A stretch of DNA of 64,000 nt, from assembly GCF_036321535.1 (NCBI RefSeq), contig NC_087447.1:38256001-38320000 (forward strand). The letters run 5' to 3'. Positions 1 to 13,959 of the stretch are shown one piece after another. The notes beneath the pieces were generated by a model, which searched no databases, was not told the origin of the DNA, and worked only from the letters and a program-made list of their open reading frames with translations. Source of the DNA: Camelus dromedarius (lineage: Eukaryota). Each line of letters starts with the position of its first letter. Positions within the stretch are counted from its first letter, which is position 1. A program made the position numbers and the translations under genes.

Positions 1-214
1 ATTTTAAAGTAAAGTGGATTAATGGATGATTAGAGGAATGTTAATAGATAGATAAACATGTGGTACTAAAATGTTAAGAGATGGATAGACATGTATAATA
101 AAATGTTAATGCTAATCTAGGTAGTGAATATGTGTCCTGTAAGGTTTTTTGTTTTTGTTTTTGTTTTTACTTTCTTGAACGTTTGAAATTTTTCTCAGTG
201 AAATGTTGAGGATA

Positions 215-340
215 TTTCATGCCTGGGCCCCAGTCCGAGAGATTCTGATTTAATTGGTTATGTTAGGGCTTGGACATCAGAATATTTTAAATGCTCTCTG
301 GATGATTCCAATGTGTGGTCAGGGTTAGGCACCACTGCAT
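215..340. mobile_element. MER5-like hAT-Charlie DNA transposon fragment
   Basis: gattctgatttaattggt...ggatgattccaatgtg...accactg pattern. Confidence 0.6.
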
Positions 341-675
341 TAAAAGGATGCCATGGGATCGCAGAGCTAGGATGAGAAGAATTAGGCATGGGATAAGCAG
401 GAGAGGTGGAAAGAGAGGAGGAAGGTTTGGGTGCACATCAGAAGTGGGGCCTCCAGTCTGGGCTCCTAAGTGCTTTCTGTGGCTGGACAGGCAGGTGGGC
501 CAGCTCCACAGAAAGGAGGTGAACAGCTGCTCAGTGGGCCATTGAGAACATTGGGTCATTCAGCAGTCTCCTAAGTTCTTAAAATGAGACTGAAAGTTTA
601 TACTTATGCATTTAATTTCTCATGAGTCATCCTTTGCAAGGTTTCTTATAGCTTTAACTAAGAGTGTCCATTCTT

Positions 676-837
676 CTTTTTTCCCCATGTTTTTTGTTTG
701 TTTGTTTTTATTTTCTTTCGGCGGGGCAGGTAATTAGGTTTATTTATTTATTTTTTTAATGGAGGTACAGGGGATTGAACCCAGGACCTAGTGCATGTTA
801 AGCATGCACTCTACCACTGAGCTATACCCTCCCCACA
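676..837 (-). mobile_element. tRNA-derived SINE (camelid Vic-1-like)
   Basis: Minus strand GGGGAGGGTATAGCTCAGTGGTAGAG...GGTTCAATCCC with A/B boxes and A-rich tail; 16-bp TSD aagagtgtccattctt (660-675, 838-853). Confidence 0.9.
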
Positions 838-3779
838 AAGAGTGTCCATTCTTTCAGAATAATGCTCTTAACATGTCAGCTCCCTTTAACCATTGGGAAG
901 TATAAGATCCATTTTCAACATGTATACAACATATATTTTCATGGTTTACTAACTCATCTTCAAACTATTTTTAGGGAGATAAAGAGATGGGCCTGTTGAA
1001 GCAGGAAGGAAATGTTATTACCCAAGTGACCTTGGGTTTATGGGTCAGCAGGGGGAGAACAAGAGAAGGCTAGTTCTGGGTAAGATAACGACCAGATTGA
1101 ACCTAGCTCTCAGGCTTGGAAATTTGACAATTCCGAAGAAGTATTCGTAACCCATTTAACCAATAAAAGTGAGTAACTGACACTCCCTAGAGCACTAATA
1201 TCTGTACTGCCCAATTACAACATGATGCCCTCTACAGGAATACAAATATCTTCTATAACCCTTCTTCCACTCCCAGCCATTGGAGTTATGGTGGTGTGTT
1301 AGGTTGTTGTCCCTGCAGTAAATGATCCCAATCCATTTACCCACGTGAAAGGAGTCAGGAACACTAACAGCTGATCCCTTGTCATGGGACCCTAGCCTGG
1401 CTCAATACAAGTGCCAGCTGGAGGCAGCACAGGGCCCAAGGGCAGAGGCAGAATGGCACATGAGGAAGAAGACCAAAGGTCAGTCACAGAGCAGCTGTAT
1501 CACAGGTGACATCTAAGGGGAAACTGCTAGACTAAAAGCAAGAAGCAAACAGAAGTTCAGGAGCCAGAGGAATGCAAGAACACATTAGGAAGGGGGATGC
1601 AAAACCGGAAGAGAATCAGAGCTTTGGCTATGAATGAGGCTCATTCTTTTTGGGAGTTCGCCCTGTGGTGCTTGGGTGAGCAGGAAGGAGTTAGGAAATG
1701 CAGGGTGGGAAAATCTTAAAAAAAAAACAACAAAACAAACAAACAAAAAAACATTATCACACAGCCTATTAATTGATGCTCATTTTGATGACCCTGAGCC
1801 ATCCAGAAGAAGTTAACTGTAATATCTCCCATTTTAAAAGTAAGGGAAATGTATAAAACATTTTAGAAAACTCTGTGAATAATATAGTTAAAGAGAAAAA
1901 AAAAAAAAAGAGAGATCCTTTTACCCTTGACAGGATAACCTTCAGCTGCCAGGAAAATTCACATATGTGTAATCCCACATTGCCCCCATAAATCTAGGTA
2001 GCTATGGCAGTGATTCAGAAAAGTGGAGGCATAGCTTTTTAACTTTAGATGTCTCCATTTCTCCCAGCTAGAGTGACAGCTATTTTCCCTTCTCCCTTAT
2101 TTTGGAGTTGTAAGGTATATTAATATTCTTACATAGCTTTAATCCAATTTAGAAATTCTGAAAACTTTCAAGGAAGGACTGCAATGAGCTGGCATAACTC
2201 GTGTGTTTATTTGCTATGTCCAGGGGCCTGTGACACTGTAATTGGCCCCACTGGGTACTATCACTGAGGGGTAGGAGAGAGGAGGGCTTGGTGGGTAGCA
2301 GGACAGAGCCCTGAGGCCATAAGGAATGGAAAGGAGAACATCAAAGAGGCTGCTGTTTCCAGAAGTAAAAGTTTGGGGGGAAAATTCTTGGCAGATATCT
2401 ACCACAATCTATTAAGCTCCCACAGGTAATAAGTGAAATGGCAGGGACCTGAACCCATGTTTGTCTCTCTCTAAATGTTTTGGTTTTTTTCCCCACTTCT
2501 ATTGATGTGTCTCCTTTGCTGGGGAAAACATTTACAAGTGCTGCCAAACTTCCGGTGTTCCACTCTGTCTGTCTTCTCTCCTACCCTGCTTTTACCCCCA
2601 TCCCGGAGTCCACTTGGGTGGAAATGCCGCCCATAATGGGCCCAGAGTTAATCATCTGCAGGTTTCCCCGATAAGTCACAGTATGTTTGCTGCGCTCCTT
2701 CCAAGAGTCAACAGCAGCTGTGGGGATGTGCCGAGGGTGGCCTATGGTATTCTGAGCACTGGCCCAGATGGGAGGCAGGGTGCAGGGAAGCCTATCTGAA
2801 CACCACCATCTGGAGTGCCTCTGATGCCCTGAAGGCACTTGTCTGCGTCTCCAATGGACACAGCTTAGAGATGCCAAAAAATGAGCCAAGTTCGCTGGAT
2901 GGACAAATGGCCTGACGTCAGTGGAATTTGCTCATAATTTGGGCCTCATGTGTGATGTACTGTCTGAACTCAAAGGGCTATCAAAACAATCAGGGAGGAA
3001 GAGGAGAAGGAAGAAGAAAAAGTGGAGGAGAAGGAGGAGGGAGAGAAGTAAGAAGTGCGAGAACAGGTAGATGAGAAGGAAGAGGAAACTAGGACATGGC
3101 CAGGAGCTGTGGCAGGACAGGTTCAGCTTTTGACTCCTGGGGCCAACGGTCCCTGTAAGTTTGTTGAAGGCATCAGTGCCAAATAAAACATGGCCTTTTA
3201 AAGCACTGAATTACGTGAGTTCAGAGCTGTTAAAATCAGTGTAGCAAAAATCCAGCTGGGTTTGGCCAATGCCGCAACGTACAAAATGATGATCACTTGT
3301 TCTGACAAGACCCAAGGTTCCCCAGACGTGGTGGCTTGAACAGAATTATTTGAATATATGTCCATTCTTTAAAACAAGGAATTTGCTATTAAGAAATAAG
3401 CATCTGTTGTTTTTTTATTGCTCTAGGACCAGAGGCAGATTTACTGGGAAGCTTCAGAGCCTTTCACTTGCATGCGTCCCTGCAAATGCTGGGAGATTCT
3501 AGGAACTACTGATTGTTCTAGATGGGGAAAGAAAGCCATGTTACAATCAAGGGGCATTTAAATATAAGCATTTCTGGTAAACTGCCTACGCAGACCTTAG
3601 TAGAAAAGAACTGAATCTCTAAGATATCAGTAATTTGCTGTGATTTATTCTCTCATTCTAAATAAAATTCACTTTTATATTTATTTTCAAATTTGTAATT
3701 TTGTATTATCTTTAATTAAGGAGAAGCCCCAAATTATAAAGCCTCAGGCTCCACAAAACCTGAGTCTGTCCCTGTTTGC

Positions 3780-4247
3780 CTCCATTGCTCTCCTTCTGAT
3801 CACCACATCTTAATTTGCCTTTGTGGAAGGGCCCTACTACTCACTCAGTGGGAGGCACATGACCCAGGCCCAGCCAAGCAGAGAGGACGTGATTGGTTTA
3901 GGAATAAGCACGTGATCCAATTTGGGCCAAGGAGAATCGAGGCCAGACTTTACTGGATCTTTCTACCATGGTTGTTAAGTTGTGGGAATGAAAGTTTGAC
4001 ATTGCCATTTTGCTTCTACAAAAGGAAGCTGCCTGCTAATAAAATTAGCATAGATGAAAGCAGAGTCGAGAGATTATAAAGAAGCCAAGTCCTGATAATG
4101 TCACTTTTTGCCTCTGAAACCAGATATACTGAAGCTCGTGTACATAACCCTGGGCTATTCAGAGAGACAAGTCAATTAAGCCCTATTTTTGCTTAAGCTA
4201 GTTTCAGCAAGGTTTCTGTCATTTGCAACTGAGTCTTGACTAATATA
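3780..4247. mobile_element. Old MLT1 (ERVL-MaLR) LTR
   Basis: catgacccaggcccagcc...gcttaagctagtt...tttctgtcatttgcaac...gactaata motifs. Confidence 0.65.
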
Positions 4248-4387
4248 GGTTTCACTGTGCTAGAAAATAAACTACTATTATTTCAATCCAGAAGATGGTC
4301 CTTTACTGTATTTGCCTCTCCCTCCACCCCAGCTTTATTGAGATATAATTGACATATAACACTGTGTAAGTTTAAAATGTACAACTT

Positions 4388-4498
4388 GAGGAGGGAAATA
4401 GCTCAGTGGTAGAGTGCATGCTTAGCATGCATGAGGTCCTGGGTTCAATCCCCAGTACCTCCATTTTTTTTTAAAGGGAAGAAAAAAAAAAGGAAATT
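4388..4498 (+). mobile_element. tRNA-derived SINE (Vic-1-like) inserted in an L1 3'-end fragment (~4330-4600)
   Basis: tagctcagtggtagag...gggttcaatcccc plus poly-A; flanking repeat aaaatgtacaa. Confidence 0.88.
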
Positions 4499-4834
4499 AT
4501 AAAATGTACAATTTGATTTGATACATGTATCTGTTGCAAAATGGTTACCACAATAAGGTTAGTTAACACATCTACCACCTCACATAACCACTATTTTTTT
4601 GTATTTACCTCTTAATGTTATAATAGATAATGCTTACTGATCACTATTATTAAGGGCTTAAGTAACCCATTGTATCTTACAAGCAGCCTTATGAGTTAGG
4701 CACTGTTATTATCATACCCATTTTACTAAAGAAGGAATTGAGGCCCATAGAAGTCAAGTAACTTGTCTAATTGGTCCACTATCACAAAACAAGTGTCTCA
4801 GACTTGAAGCCATGTTGACCCAGTTCTTTCATTT

Positions 4835-5370
4835 TTTCAGCAAATATTTATTGAGCACCTGTGAGGCATTGGATATTTAGGAACGACTATGACACAGTTC
4901 TTTCTAAAAGTTCTCAAAGTACTGGAGGGGGGTTGGATAGGAGACAAGGTTAACAGTTCCCATGAATGGAGTAACTTGGAATCACACTAGAGGGAGGTGC
5001 CAACTCATGGAAGGGAGTGAGGAGGCTTGTTAATGAAGGATCGCAGATGAGGTGGCAAGGAAAAATGATCCTGAAATGCCAGCAGGAATTACCAGGCAGA
5101 GAAGAAAGAAGAGCACTCCAAGTAGATGGAACAGCATGTCCAAAGCTAGAAATGCAAAAAAGGACATGACTTGTTTGGGAAATAGCAAGAATTTTGGTGT
5201 GGCAGGAGAAGACAGTTTTTGAGAGAGAGGTGAAAGATGAACCTTAAAAAGTAGTCATAAAGTCCTTGTGTGCTGTGCTAAGGAATCTGGAATTCACCCA
5301 GTATTCATAGGGAGCCACTGAACGATCTCAAGCAGAGTGACATGATTACCCTTGTATTTGAGACAGATCA
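4835..5370 (-). mobile_element. L2 LINE fragment
   Basis: cagcaaatatttattgagcacct end and gaacagcatg..caaag / gggagccactga motifs. Confidence 0.65.
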
Positions 5371-5874
5371 TAGAGACAACAGTGCTACTCCTTTGTAGCA
5401 ATCAGGCCCTTCCTTCCAAGCCCTGCTCTTTGAGGTTCTTAAGATCGATCGAACTTTTCGCCTCCATGATCACCACAGACGTAGTTTGCTCTCTTTTCCC
5501 TCAATATGCAGTCAGCATATCCTGAGGATCCCCTTTACCTATCAGCCAGGGTTATAGCATTCCCTCAGAGAAGTAATTCTCAACCACGTGTGGGTGTGTG
5601 CATTGTGGGAGGGGTATGTCACTTTCACTTGAAGGGCACTTTTATAACACATACGTCTTTGTAATACATTTCCCTTTTGCCCAGAAATTCTGATAGACCT
5701 AAGCTTTAGGAAGATGGGAAGGGCTGGTTGGAGAGACTAGCATTTTAGGAAAGTTTACTTTTTTAAAGAATGGGGACCTGGCCATGGGAACTCTAGTAAA
5801 TGTCTCTCAATTCTCTGGTTGTTGTTAAAACACTACAAAATCTGCATTGATGTTTTAATAGTGATATCCCCTAA

Positions 5875-6308
5875 AGATGGTTGAATGGTGGACCCCACAA
5901 ATTTTATGTCCATGTCCTTATATCTGGTCCCTGTAAATGATACCTTATTTGGAAAAAGAGTCTTTGCAGCTGTAATTAAGTTAAGGATATTGAGATGAGA
6001 TCATCCTGGATTGTCGAGGTGGGCTATAAATCCAATGATGAATGTCCTAATAAGAGACAGAAGAGAAGACAGGGACAAGGAAGAAGGCAGAGACTGAAGT
6101 TATACAGCCACAAGCCAAGAATGTCTGAAGCCCCCAGAAGCTGGAAGAGGAAAGGAAGTATTCTCCCCTAGATCCTTCAGAAGAAGTGTGGCCCTGCCAA
6201 CACCTTGATTTCAGGCTTCTGGCCTCCAGAATGATGAGAAAATAAATTTGTTTTTTAGACCAATTGGTTTGTGGTAATTTGTTATGGCATTCTTAGAAAA
6301 CTTAGACA
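5875..6308 (+). mobile_element. MLT1 (ERVL-MaLR) solo LTR
   Basis: accttatttggaaaaagagtctttgcag...ccctgccaacaccttgattt...gtggtaatttgttatggca. Confidence 0.85.
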
Positions 6309-7404
6309 CCCTCTTTCTAATAGGTTATGCTTAATAGTCTTTATCAGAGGGAAGACAATTTTCAAAAGTGTTATATATGAAATAATGCAAATGAATTTGG
6401 ACAAGGTAACAATCTCTCTAGGCAGTTTTCTCACCAAAAACATGAAAATAGTAATTTCATCCTCACAGAGTGTTTAGACTATTAAATGAGATAAAATAAA
6501 ACTACCCAGCAGACAACTGGCAAAAAAGGTAGGTGCTCAAACATTTACCCATCTGAGAATAGGACTCAGCATGTACTCCACAGACACCCTGGTGAAACAA
6601 GGCCTCTCAAGGGAGAGCTGGGATAGTTCACGCAGAGTCCTGGCCTGTGTCGGAATCGCTTTTGCATGCAACCACTTACACCCACCTGGTGTCAGCTCTT
6701 GCTCTCACCAACTAACCACTGCCCTCTCCCTCAACCTTCTCTACTTCCTGTTTACGTAGATTGCTGCTTCCTGGCTAAGGGAACTGAACAGTTTCAGGCA
6801 GACTGCTTTTCCCCTGGACCTCTGCCAAGACTACCTTCTCTGCTCGTCTCTCATTCTGCTCTCCTTTTGCTTTAGAAGCCATCACGTTAATGAGGACAAA
6901 TTGCTGCCCTGAGCAGTCCCCAGCTAAGTATTTGGTCCTCCTCCTGGCTATTGGATTGAATCAGATGGGCATGAGAAAAAACACAGCAAGTATTAAGTAG
7001 GCATCAAGAAATCAGTCCATCCCTGCATCTTCAGCCCCTCCAAACTATTGATACTGAGGCTTTTTTCATTCAACTGTGCTGGTCACAGTGCCTCTACTCT
7101 CAGGCCCAGCCCTGACCTGTTTGTGTAAAGCAGTCCTGAGCAAGGCCAGCAGGATAGCAGTAGGTCAAAATCGACCAGAATACCAGGTTGGGACATTGCT
7201 GAAATGATTTAATTTGTGGTTCTCAATATGAAGTAAATTTCCAAATCATCTGAGAGGCTCTTTCAAAACAAAAAACAAACAAGCAAACATTTGGAACTGG
7301 AGGGTACGCATGGGTATTTTGAAAAAAGCCAAAAAAAAAAAAAACAAAAACGCAGGTAATAATGATTTTCCTCTCCACTGCAGGTTTATTGTTCTTAACA
7401 CAGT

Positions 7405-7625
7405 AGATGAGAATGTGGACTCTGGAGCCTGACTGAATTCAAATTCTAGCTTTGCCACCAATGAGCTGTGTGACATTGCACATGTTACTTAACTTTTCTG
7501 TGCCTCAATTTCCTCATCCATAAAACAGTGATAGTAATACCTACCTTCATCACAGAATTACTATTAGCAATAAAAGTTAACATGTGAAAAGCACTTAGAC
7601 TATATGTGTTTGCTATTATTCTCAT
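7405..7625 (+). mobile_element. MIR SINE (further MIRs near 4640-4820, 7810-8030, 16790-17040, 33800-33990, 40490-40720, 50810-51030)
   Basis: Core ttacttaacttttctgtgcctcaatttcctcatccataaaa. Confidence 0.75.
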
Positions 7626-10600
7626 TACTTTTATATTGTTTTTATTGACCTGCTGGAGGGAGAAGAAGTTGATCAAGGATGAAATACCTGAATTAGTGAT
7701 TTGACAATGATTCAGGTAGAAGGGATGGTAGAGTTCAGGTTATGACAGTGGGAGTGGGTAGTGGAGGCTGAATAGAAGACCATCATTGGAAGGAGAAAAT
7801 TTGAAGCAGTACTGAAGCATGCGCTCTCTGGAACTAGAGTGCCTGAGTTTAGATCCTGCCTTTACTACTCAATAGCACAAGTAGGCTTAATTGTTTCCTC
7901 ATCTATAAAGGAGATGGTAACAACAGTGACCTATCTTACAGGGCTGGCATGGAAGCAAATGAGTTAATATATGACATGCTGATTCCTTCTAGTGACTGGC
8001 ACATAGCAAGTGTTAGCCCTTATTCTTATCATTTTAATTGGAGATGAGAAGGTCAAGGAACTGAGGGGCCAATTGTTAGTTGGACATTGGCATTTTCTGA
8101 GATGATGGCAAGATTTGAAGTAAACAGGAATATTGTGAACCAAGTGTAAGTCTTCAATGAACAAGACAACCATGACGTTCGTAGTAAAGCAGTAAGAAAG
8201 AGGAGAGTGACAATAGCCAAATGGCACTAGCCTCCAAGTGGCTGTGTCTTCCAGAAGAGTGTGGAAGCGCTTACCTGGAGCAAAGAGGACCCCAACTGAT
8301 GAAATAAATTAAGGACAAGAGGTAGAGGAAATAGTCAGAGAGAGTGCTGAGGCTACAGGAGAGTTTTCTGCTTAAGGAGTGACAATCCAGATGGCATGGG
8401 AGGAGTCTGAAAGGTGGAGAAAGGATGGGGGTAATGCTACCTTTGCTAAACATCATAGTAAGTGCTATGGACAGTAAATTGTTCTAGACCAGTGCTTTCC
8501 ACTAGATCTTTAGGTGGTGATGGAATTGTCCTCTATATGTCCAATATGGTAGGCAGTAGCCACATGCAGCTATTCAGCCTTTGAAATGAGGTCAGTGCAA
8601 TCAGTGTTCCTAAATAATCACTGAGGAATTTTTGTAAGATGCAGAATCCTAGGCCCCACCTTCATATACTGAATTAGAATCTCTATCTCCCAGAGATCCC
8701 AGCCAAATATACACAAATATACAGCCAGGTTTAGGCATTGCTGCATGATCTCCAAGGAGGTTGGGGAAATAGGGTATCCACATGGGTTAAATATAGGAAG
8801 GGCTATCATTTAAGGTCTGATGGTCTGATTTGGGAGGTTTCAAACTTTTTATTTTATTCTAACACTGATACTTTTTATTCTGAAAATGTTTGGCTTAGTT
8901 GATGTAAGAAAATTTAAAAGAATGTAGAGTGGAGAAAATTGGATTTACGTTAAAGGTTAGTACTAATGTTCCCATTACGGGAGAATTAACTACTTGAGAA
9001 AAAATATTTTGATAACTGCTAGAATCGAAAAGTGAGAGTGTAAATCCTTTCTGCGTAAAAGGGAAGATGAATCTGAGGACTGGAGGGCACTCTGGGATGG
9101 ATACAGTTAGGGTGGAGAAAGGAGTGGGTAAAGGAGTTATGCAAGGTGGTAGAGGGCTGAGCATGTACAATGTAACAGCACCCCTGTAAAAAGTCAAAGG
9201 AAGTCCACCAAATTACAAATGTTCATTGAGCATGTTATTTAACCTCTCTGTGCCTCAGTTCCCTCCTCTGTAAAACAGGGCAATATTACTTACTACTTTG
9301 TAATACCTGCAGATTTTTTGGTTGGGAGTAACTCATCGAAGAGCTGTTTTCCAGCTCTTGGGAAAACTTGGGTTGGCCAGGGATAAATTAGAGCTTGCAC
9401 GATTGAAAGCAGACACCTGGAGGCAGACAGGGTCAGGAGAGCATAAACCTTTGAAAATTTCCAAAAATCTGAGGAAAGCTTTATGTTACTCCACATTGTG
9501 GAATCAAGTAGTTGAGGCAACTTCATCGAGCTCTCATTGATCAGGGAAGTCTCAGCTTTCATCTGGGTTACAGCAGGAAAGAAAGAGAAACATAAAATGG
9601 CCGGTAGATCCTGCCACCAGAACTCCCTGACACTTGGGCTGGATGCATGAGCTGCTGTCCACTCGTGGGCCTCTCTGCTAGTCTCTCCAGTATCTTGGGG
9701 CCGGTCTGCCTAATGTCTGTCCTCTCATCCCCAGAGTAGCCTGCCCAGCTCTGGCCTCAGCTCTTATCATCCTCCCCAAATGGTGTCACAAGGATGTATA
9801 TAGATGATAAGTACTCTGGTCCTGGAGTCTAAAGGGTCAGGGAAGGGAGGCAGCAGTGTGGCCCTGGGTGATTAGGTATCTGATTTGCCTTGAGGGAGGC
9901 CAGATTAGGCCTGGCAGGGCCATAGGCAAAAGTGGGGCCCAGGAAGAAGGAACAGCTTTGGGAAGCAGGGGTGCAGAGTTGTCCAGAGCAGGTGGAATAT
10001 GATTGATATAGATGGAAAGAACAAAAGTATTCCAGGAATATACATCAGGAATTGAGCCTTAGAAGCCAAATCTACATTAAATCCAAGGAACAAGGAATGG
10101 TTAGAAATGGAAGAAGGAGCCCAATTTCAGAAGTAACTAAATACAGGAATACAGCAGAAAACAGAGTGAAGGCAGGAATGACCAAAATGTATAGGATTTT
10201 TATCCACAGTGCTAGGTTACACATGTCTAGGTTACCCTCTCTTCAATAGCAGGCAGACCCGCACATTGAAATACACCTTTTTACGTGTGTGTGGTGAAGT
10301 ATACGCAACATGACATTGGCTGTTTTAACTATTTTTAAGCGTATAGCGCAGTGGCCTTAGGCTCATTCACACTGTAGTGCGATATCACTGTGATCCATCT
10401 CCAGAGCTTTTCTATCGTCCCAATCTGAAACTGTACCTGTTAAATAACAACTCCCCACTTCCCCCTCCCTCCAGCTCCTGGTATCCACTGTTCCACTTTC
10501 TGTTTCTATGAATTTTACTATTCTAGGTACCTCAAATAAGTAGAATCATACAATATTTGTCCTTTTATGTCTGGTTTATGAAATATCCTGTTTTAACATC

Positions 10601-12309
10601 CCTTCAAACTTCCTAAGGGGCAAGTTGTCAGGTGTGCCCCAGGTCATGTCTTGACTAGATCTGCAAACAAACCAACCACTTGCCCCTTATCCACCACTGG
10701 TTCTGATTCTCTTCTTGAGGGAGATGAGTGCAGTCAAGAGGAAGGGGTCTACCTTCTCCCTTTCCATTGTTTCTGCTGATGCTGACAATTTGCCTCCTCT
10801 GTTCCCCAACCATGATCACCACTACCAATGTCAGCTCTATCTAATCACACCACAGCCCTCTCTAACCCTAAAATGGAGTGAAATTGCTGCTGCAAAGAGT
10901 AAAAACTTTTTCAACAAACCTTAGGTAGTCTGGCATCTAAGCAAATATGTTTGGATTCAAACAGCTGGCCATGAACTTCTCTTAATTAACTAAGGTTTGG
11001 ATTGGGACTCACTCTGTGACACCACCCAACTCAACCTCCCTCACCTGTCTGATCTGTGCCCACAGTGAGATGGATATGCCCCCCACTGCCCACCGCCACC
11101 CCAGTCTCACCTCATGACAGTCCTCTGCTTTTCCAGCACCAGGCCTCTGCCCTCCCTCTGTAATTAGGTCCTAATCATCCCCTCTCTGTTCAAGGGTATC
11201 AACCATCTCTCTATGGTCCCAATCAGTAGTTTCCATGGCCCTTTTTTACCATTTCCCCTAGGAGGCCTAAGAATCTTCATGCAAATAAGACGCCTGTGAC
11301 ATCCCAGAACTCTCAAGGTGACATGAAATTGAGCCTCACCATGATCCTTGTGAGTTATGAATTTTATGAGTTATGAGTTTTGAAAGAGATGATGGAGGAG
11401 TAAGTTGAAGACTAGTCTCATGTCAAGACACTGTCAGGGGGCTTTACTGAAAGGCTCTTGCCAACCACAGAAGGTCAAAAACTATTACCCTTGTGATCTG
11501 AAAGTGAACACTGAGAAGAAGGAAAGCACATGGGTTTTAGCAAAAATTAGGATTTAGATCCTGACTCCTTCAACTACTAGGTGGTTGACCTTGGAAAAAT
11601 GACTTAATCTGGCAAAGCCACAGTTTTCTTATTTACAATTGGAATAATATGGTACCTAGCATATAGAGTGTATCAGTTTGGATTAGTATTGGCTGTGAGA
11701 AACAGAAACACAACAAAAGTGGTTTCAACAATATTTTTAAATTTTTCACTCACATCTAAGTCCTGAAGTAGAAAATCCAGAACTTTTCCATGATGCCCTC
11801 AGGGACCCATGGTCATCTCACTGCTCTCCACCCTTCTGTGTGGCCCTCACCCTCACCCAACTTGTGGTCCAAGTTGGTGACTAGAGGGGCAACCACTGCA
11901 TCTGTGTCCCAGGAAGCAGGGTGGAGGAAGGGATGAAAAAGATGTAAAGAGCATGTACCATCTGTCTTTTGAGGAAAATTGCCAGAAGCTGCCATTCGAC
12001 ATTTCTGCTTGTATCTCAGTGACAAAGAACATAGCCACACAATCACACATGGCTGCAAGGGAGACTGGGAAATTCCAGGCAGCCTTGTGCACAGCTGGAA
12101 TCCTATTACTGTGAAAGAGGGATAAGGTGGGTTTGGGGAGACATTTTGAGACTTTGTTACATAAGTTACTTACTGCAAAGATTAAAGTGCTCCATCAATA
12201 AATGTTGGCTCTTTTTAAGATTCTTCCTTGAGGGATTACTAAGGAATAGCTCAGGAAACAGAAACAAGAGTATCCCCCAAATCAAGAGAAGATGGGGCTT
12301 TCTTCTTAC

Positions 12310-13901
12310 CCTTTGTCTTTCTTAAGATAATGATTCACCCAGACACGGTAGCCCATGAGGTGCTGACTTAAAATTTTCAAAGCTGTTATCTCCTTTAATT
12401 TACAGGACTCTGCTTGCTTTGAAAGTATCATGTTGACTCACTATGAGCCAATCAGTGTCATGTCTAGGGAGACTCTCAGAAGGGAGCATACCACTGTCCT
12501 AACCAGATACAGTCCCATTTGCATACCTTCTCATAACCAATTCACCATCACTGTGAGGGTTTCCTTTTCTGTAGAAACTTCCGTTGTCTAGGCCTGATCA
12601 GCACCATCTCCAACATGAATCTGACTTCCTCTCTGCCAGTAGCTTACATTCTGTCTGCGGTGCAGACAAGTTCCTGAAGAATCTTGCTTCTTCTACATCT
12701 TAATAATTCCTGCATCATTCATTAACTGAAATGGTCTCTTTCATTCTAGAGAGCACCATCCTTCCCAAAGTCCCTCATCACAGTCAGTGAATAACCAAGA
12801 CATTGGAAGAATGGATCAGTTAACTAAAGACAAGTAGGACAGACCTCCAAAACCACAGAGAGGTGTAGGTCAGATTCCAGTCTGCTAGCCTTCAAGAGGC
12901 TATTACAGCAGAACCACACTCTTATCTTTTTTCCCATTGAAATGTTACATTGCATCCCAATACGTAAAACTGACAACAGCAAAGCTGGCCTGACTGAAGG
13001 TGGGGAGTGCCCAAAGCCCAGGCCACACATCTTGCCTCTTACCAAGCACCTCCACTCCTGCATGAGGAGTCCCTGGGTACCTCCAAGGAACTCTAGGGCT
13101 TGCTCCACTATTCTCAGTTTAAACATACCTATTACGGTCCATTCTCCTGCTTTAAGAGCTCTTCAGGGAAAGAAAAAAGTTTTAGAATTTGACAGTCCAG
13201 GTGTTACATATTTAGATCTGACTGGCTGTGTGACTTTTGGGTCTCAATTTTCCCATTTGTAATGTGGAGCTGATGAAAGCTGCTTTCCTGCATTGTAATA
13301 AGAATTAAAGCGTGTTTATAAAGTTCCCAGGGCAAAACACGTTCTCAATAGATGTTAGTTCTCTTTCTTCTTTTCCTTCCCCCTAAGGTAAGATGACATC
13401 CAGCAAATCTTTAACGGATGTTTACGTCTTTTTCCCAACACACTGACCACCGTGTGTGTAGGTAAGTGTGCCTTTATGCATGCATCTAAAAAAGTACAGG
13501 TCACTGCTGGGCAGTTTTAGAAACTGGCAGCTAATGATTATTGTAGTTTATGTAAAACGTCCTCAGGCATTAATCAAGTTAATGAAAGTACTATCAGATA
13601 AGGCTATGACGTAGACTGAGTGGACAGGCTTCCTATGTTTGAAAATATTAATCAAAGAAAAATTGGATCTATTAGCCTGGCTATCACAATAGAGAATCTG
13701 AATATTGTTGAAGAAATAAAGAATAGTTTCTCCTACCCACCTGTTTGGGCAGAGCAGCCAGAGTACCCTTATGCTCAGTATAAGGCACTTTGGGTCACTT
13801 TATATGAAGGTCAAATGACAGGGAGGGACCAGGCCAGAGACCAGCTTCTCAGCAAGGGATTCCTGAACATCATCACAAAGAAGGTGGCTCAGGCCTGGTA
13901 T
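12310..13901 (-). pseudogene. Possible additional exon remnants (13741-13901, 12648-12823, 12310-12392)
   Basis: AG/GT-bounded unique segments (donors gtgggt, gtaagc, gtaaga); LTDPFFQC resembles family [IV]DPxYSxC only weakly. Confidence 0.3.
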
Positions 13902-13959
13902 CTGAGGGAGTTTACCAGTTTCTATCCTAATTCTAGAATCAGAGAGCAGAGCACAGTGG

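Noticed and set aside
4390..4462. tRNA-like sequence with A and B boxes
   Set aside because: It is a SINE head with a poly-A tail, flanking repeats and multiple diverged copies, not a tRNA gene.
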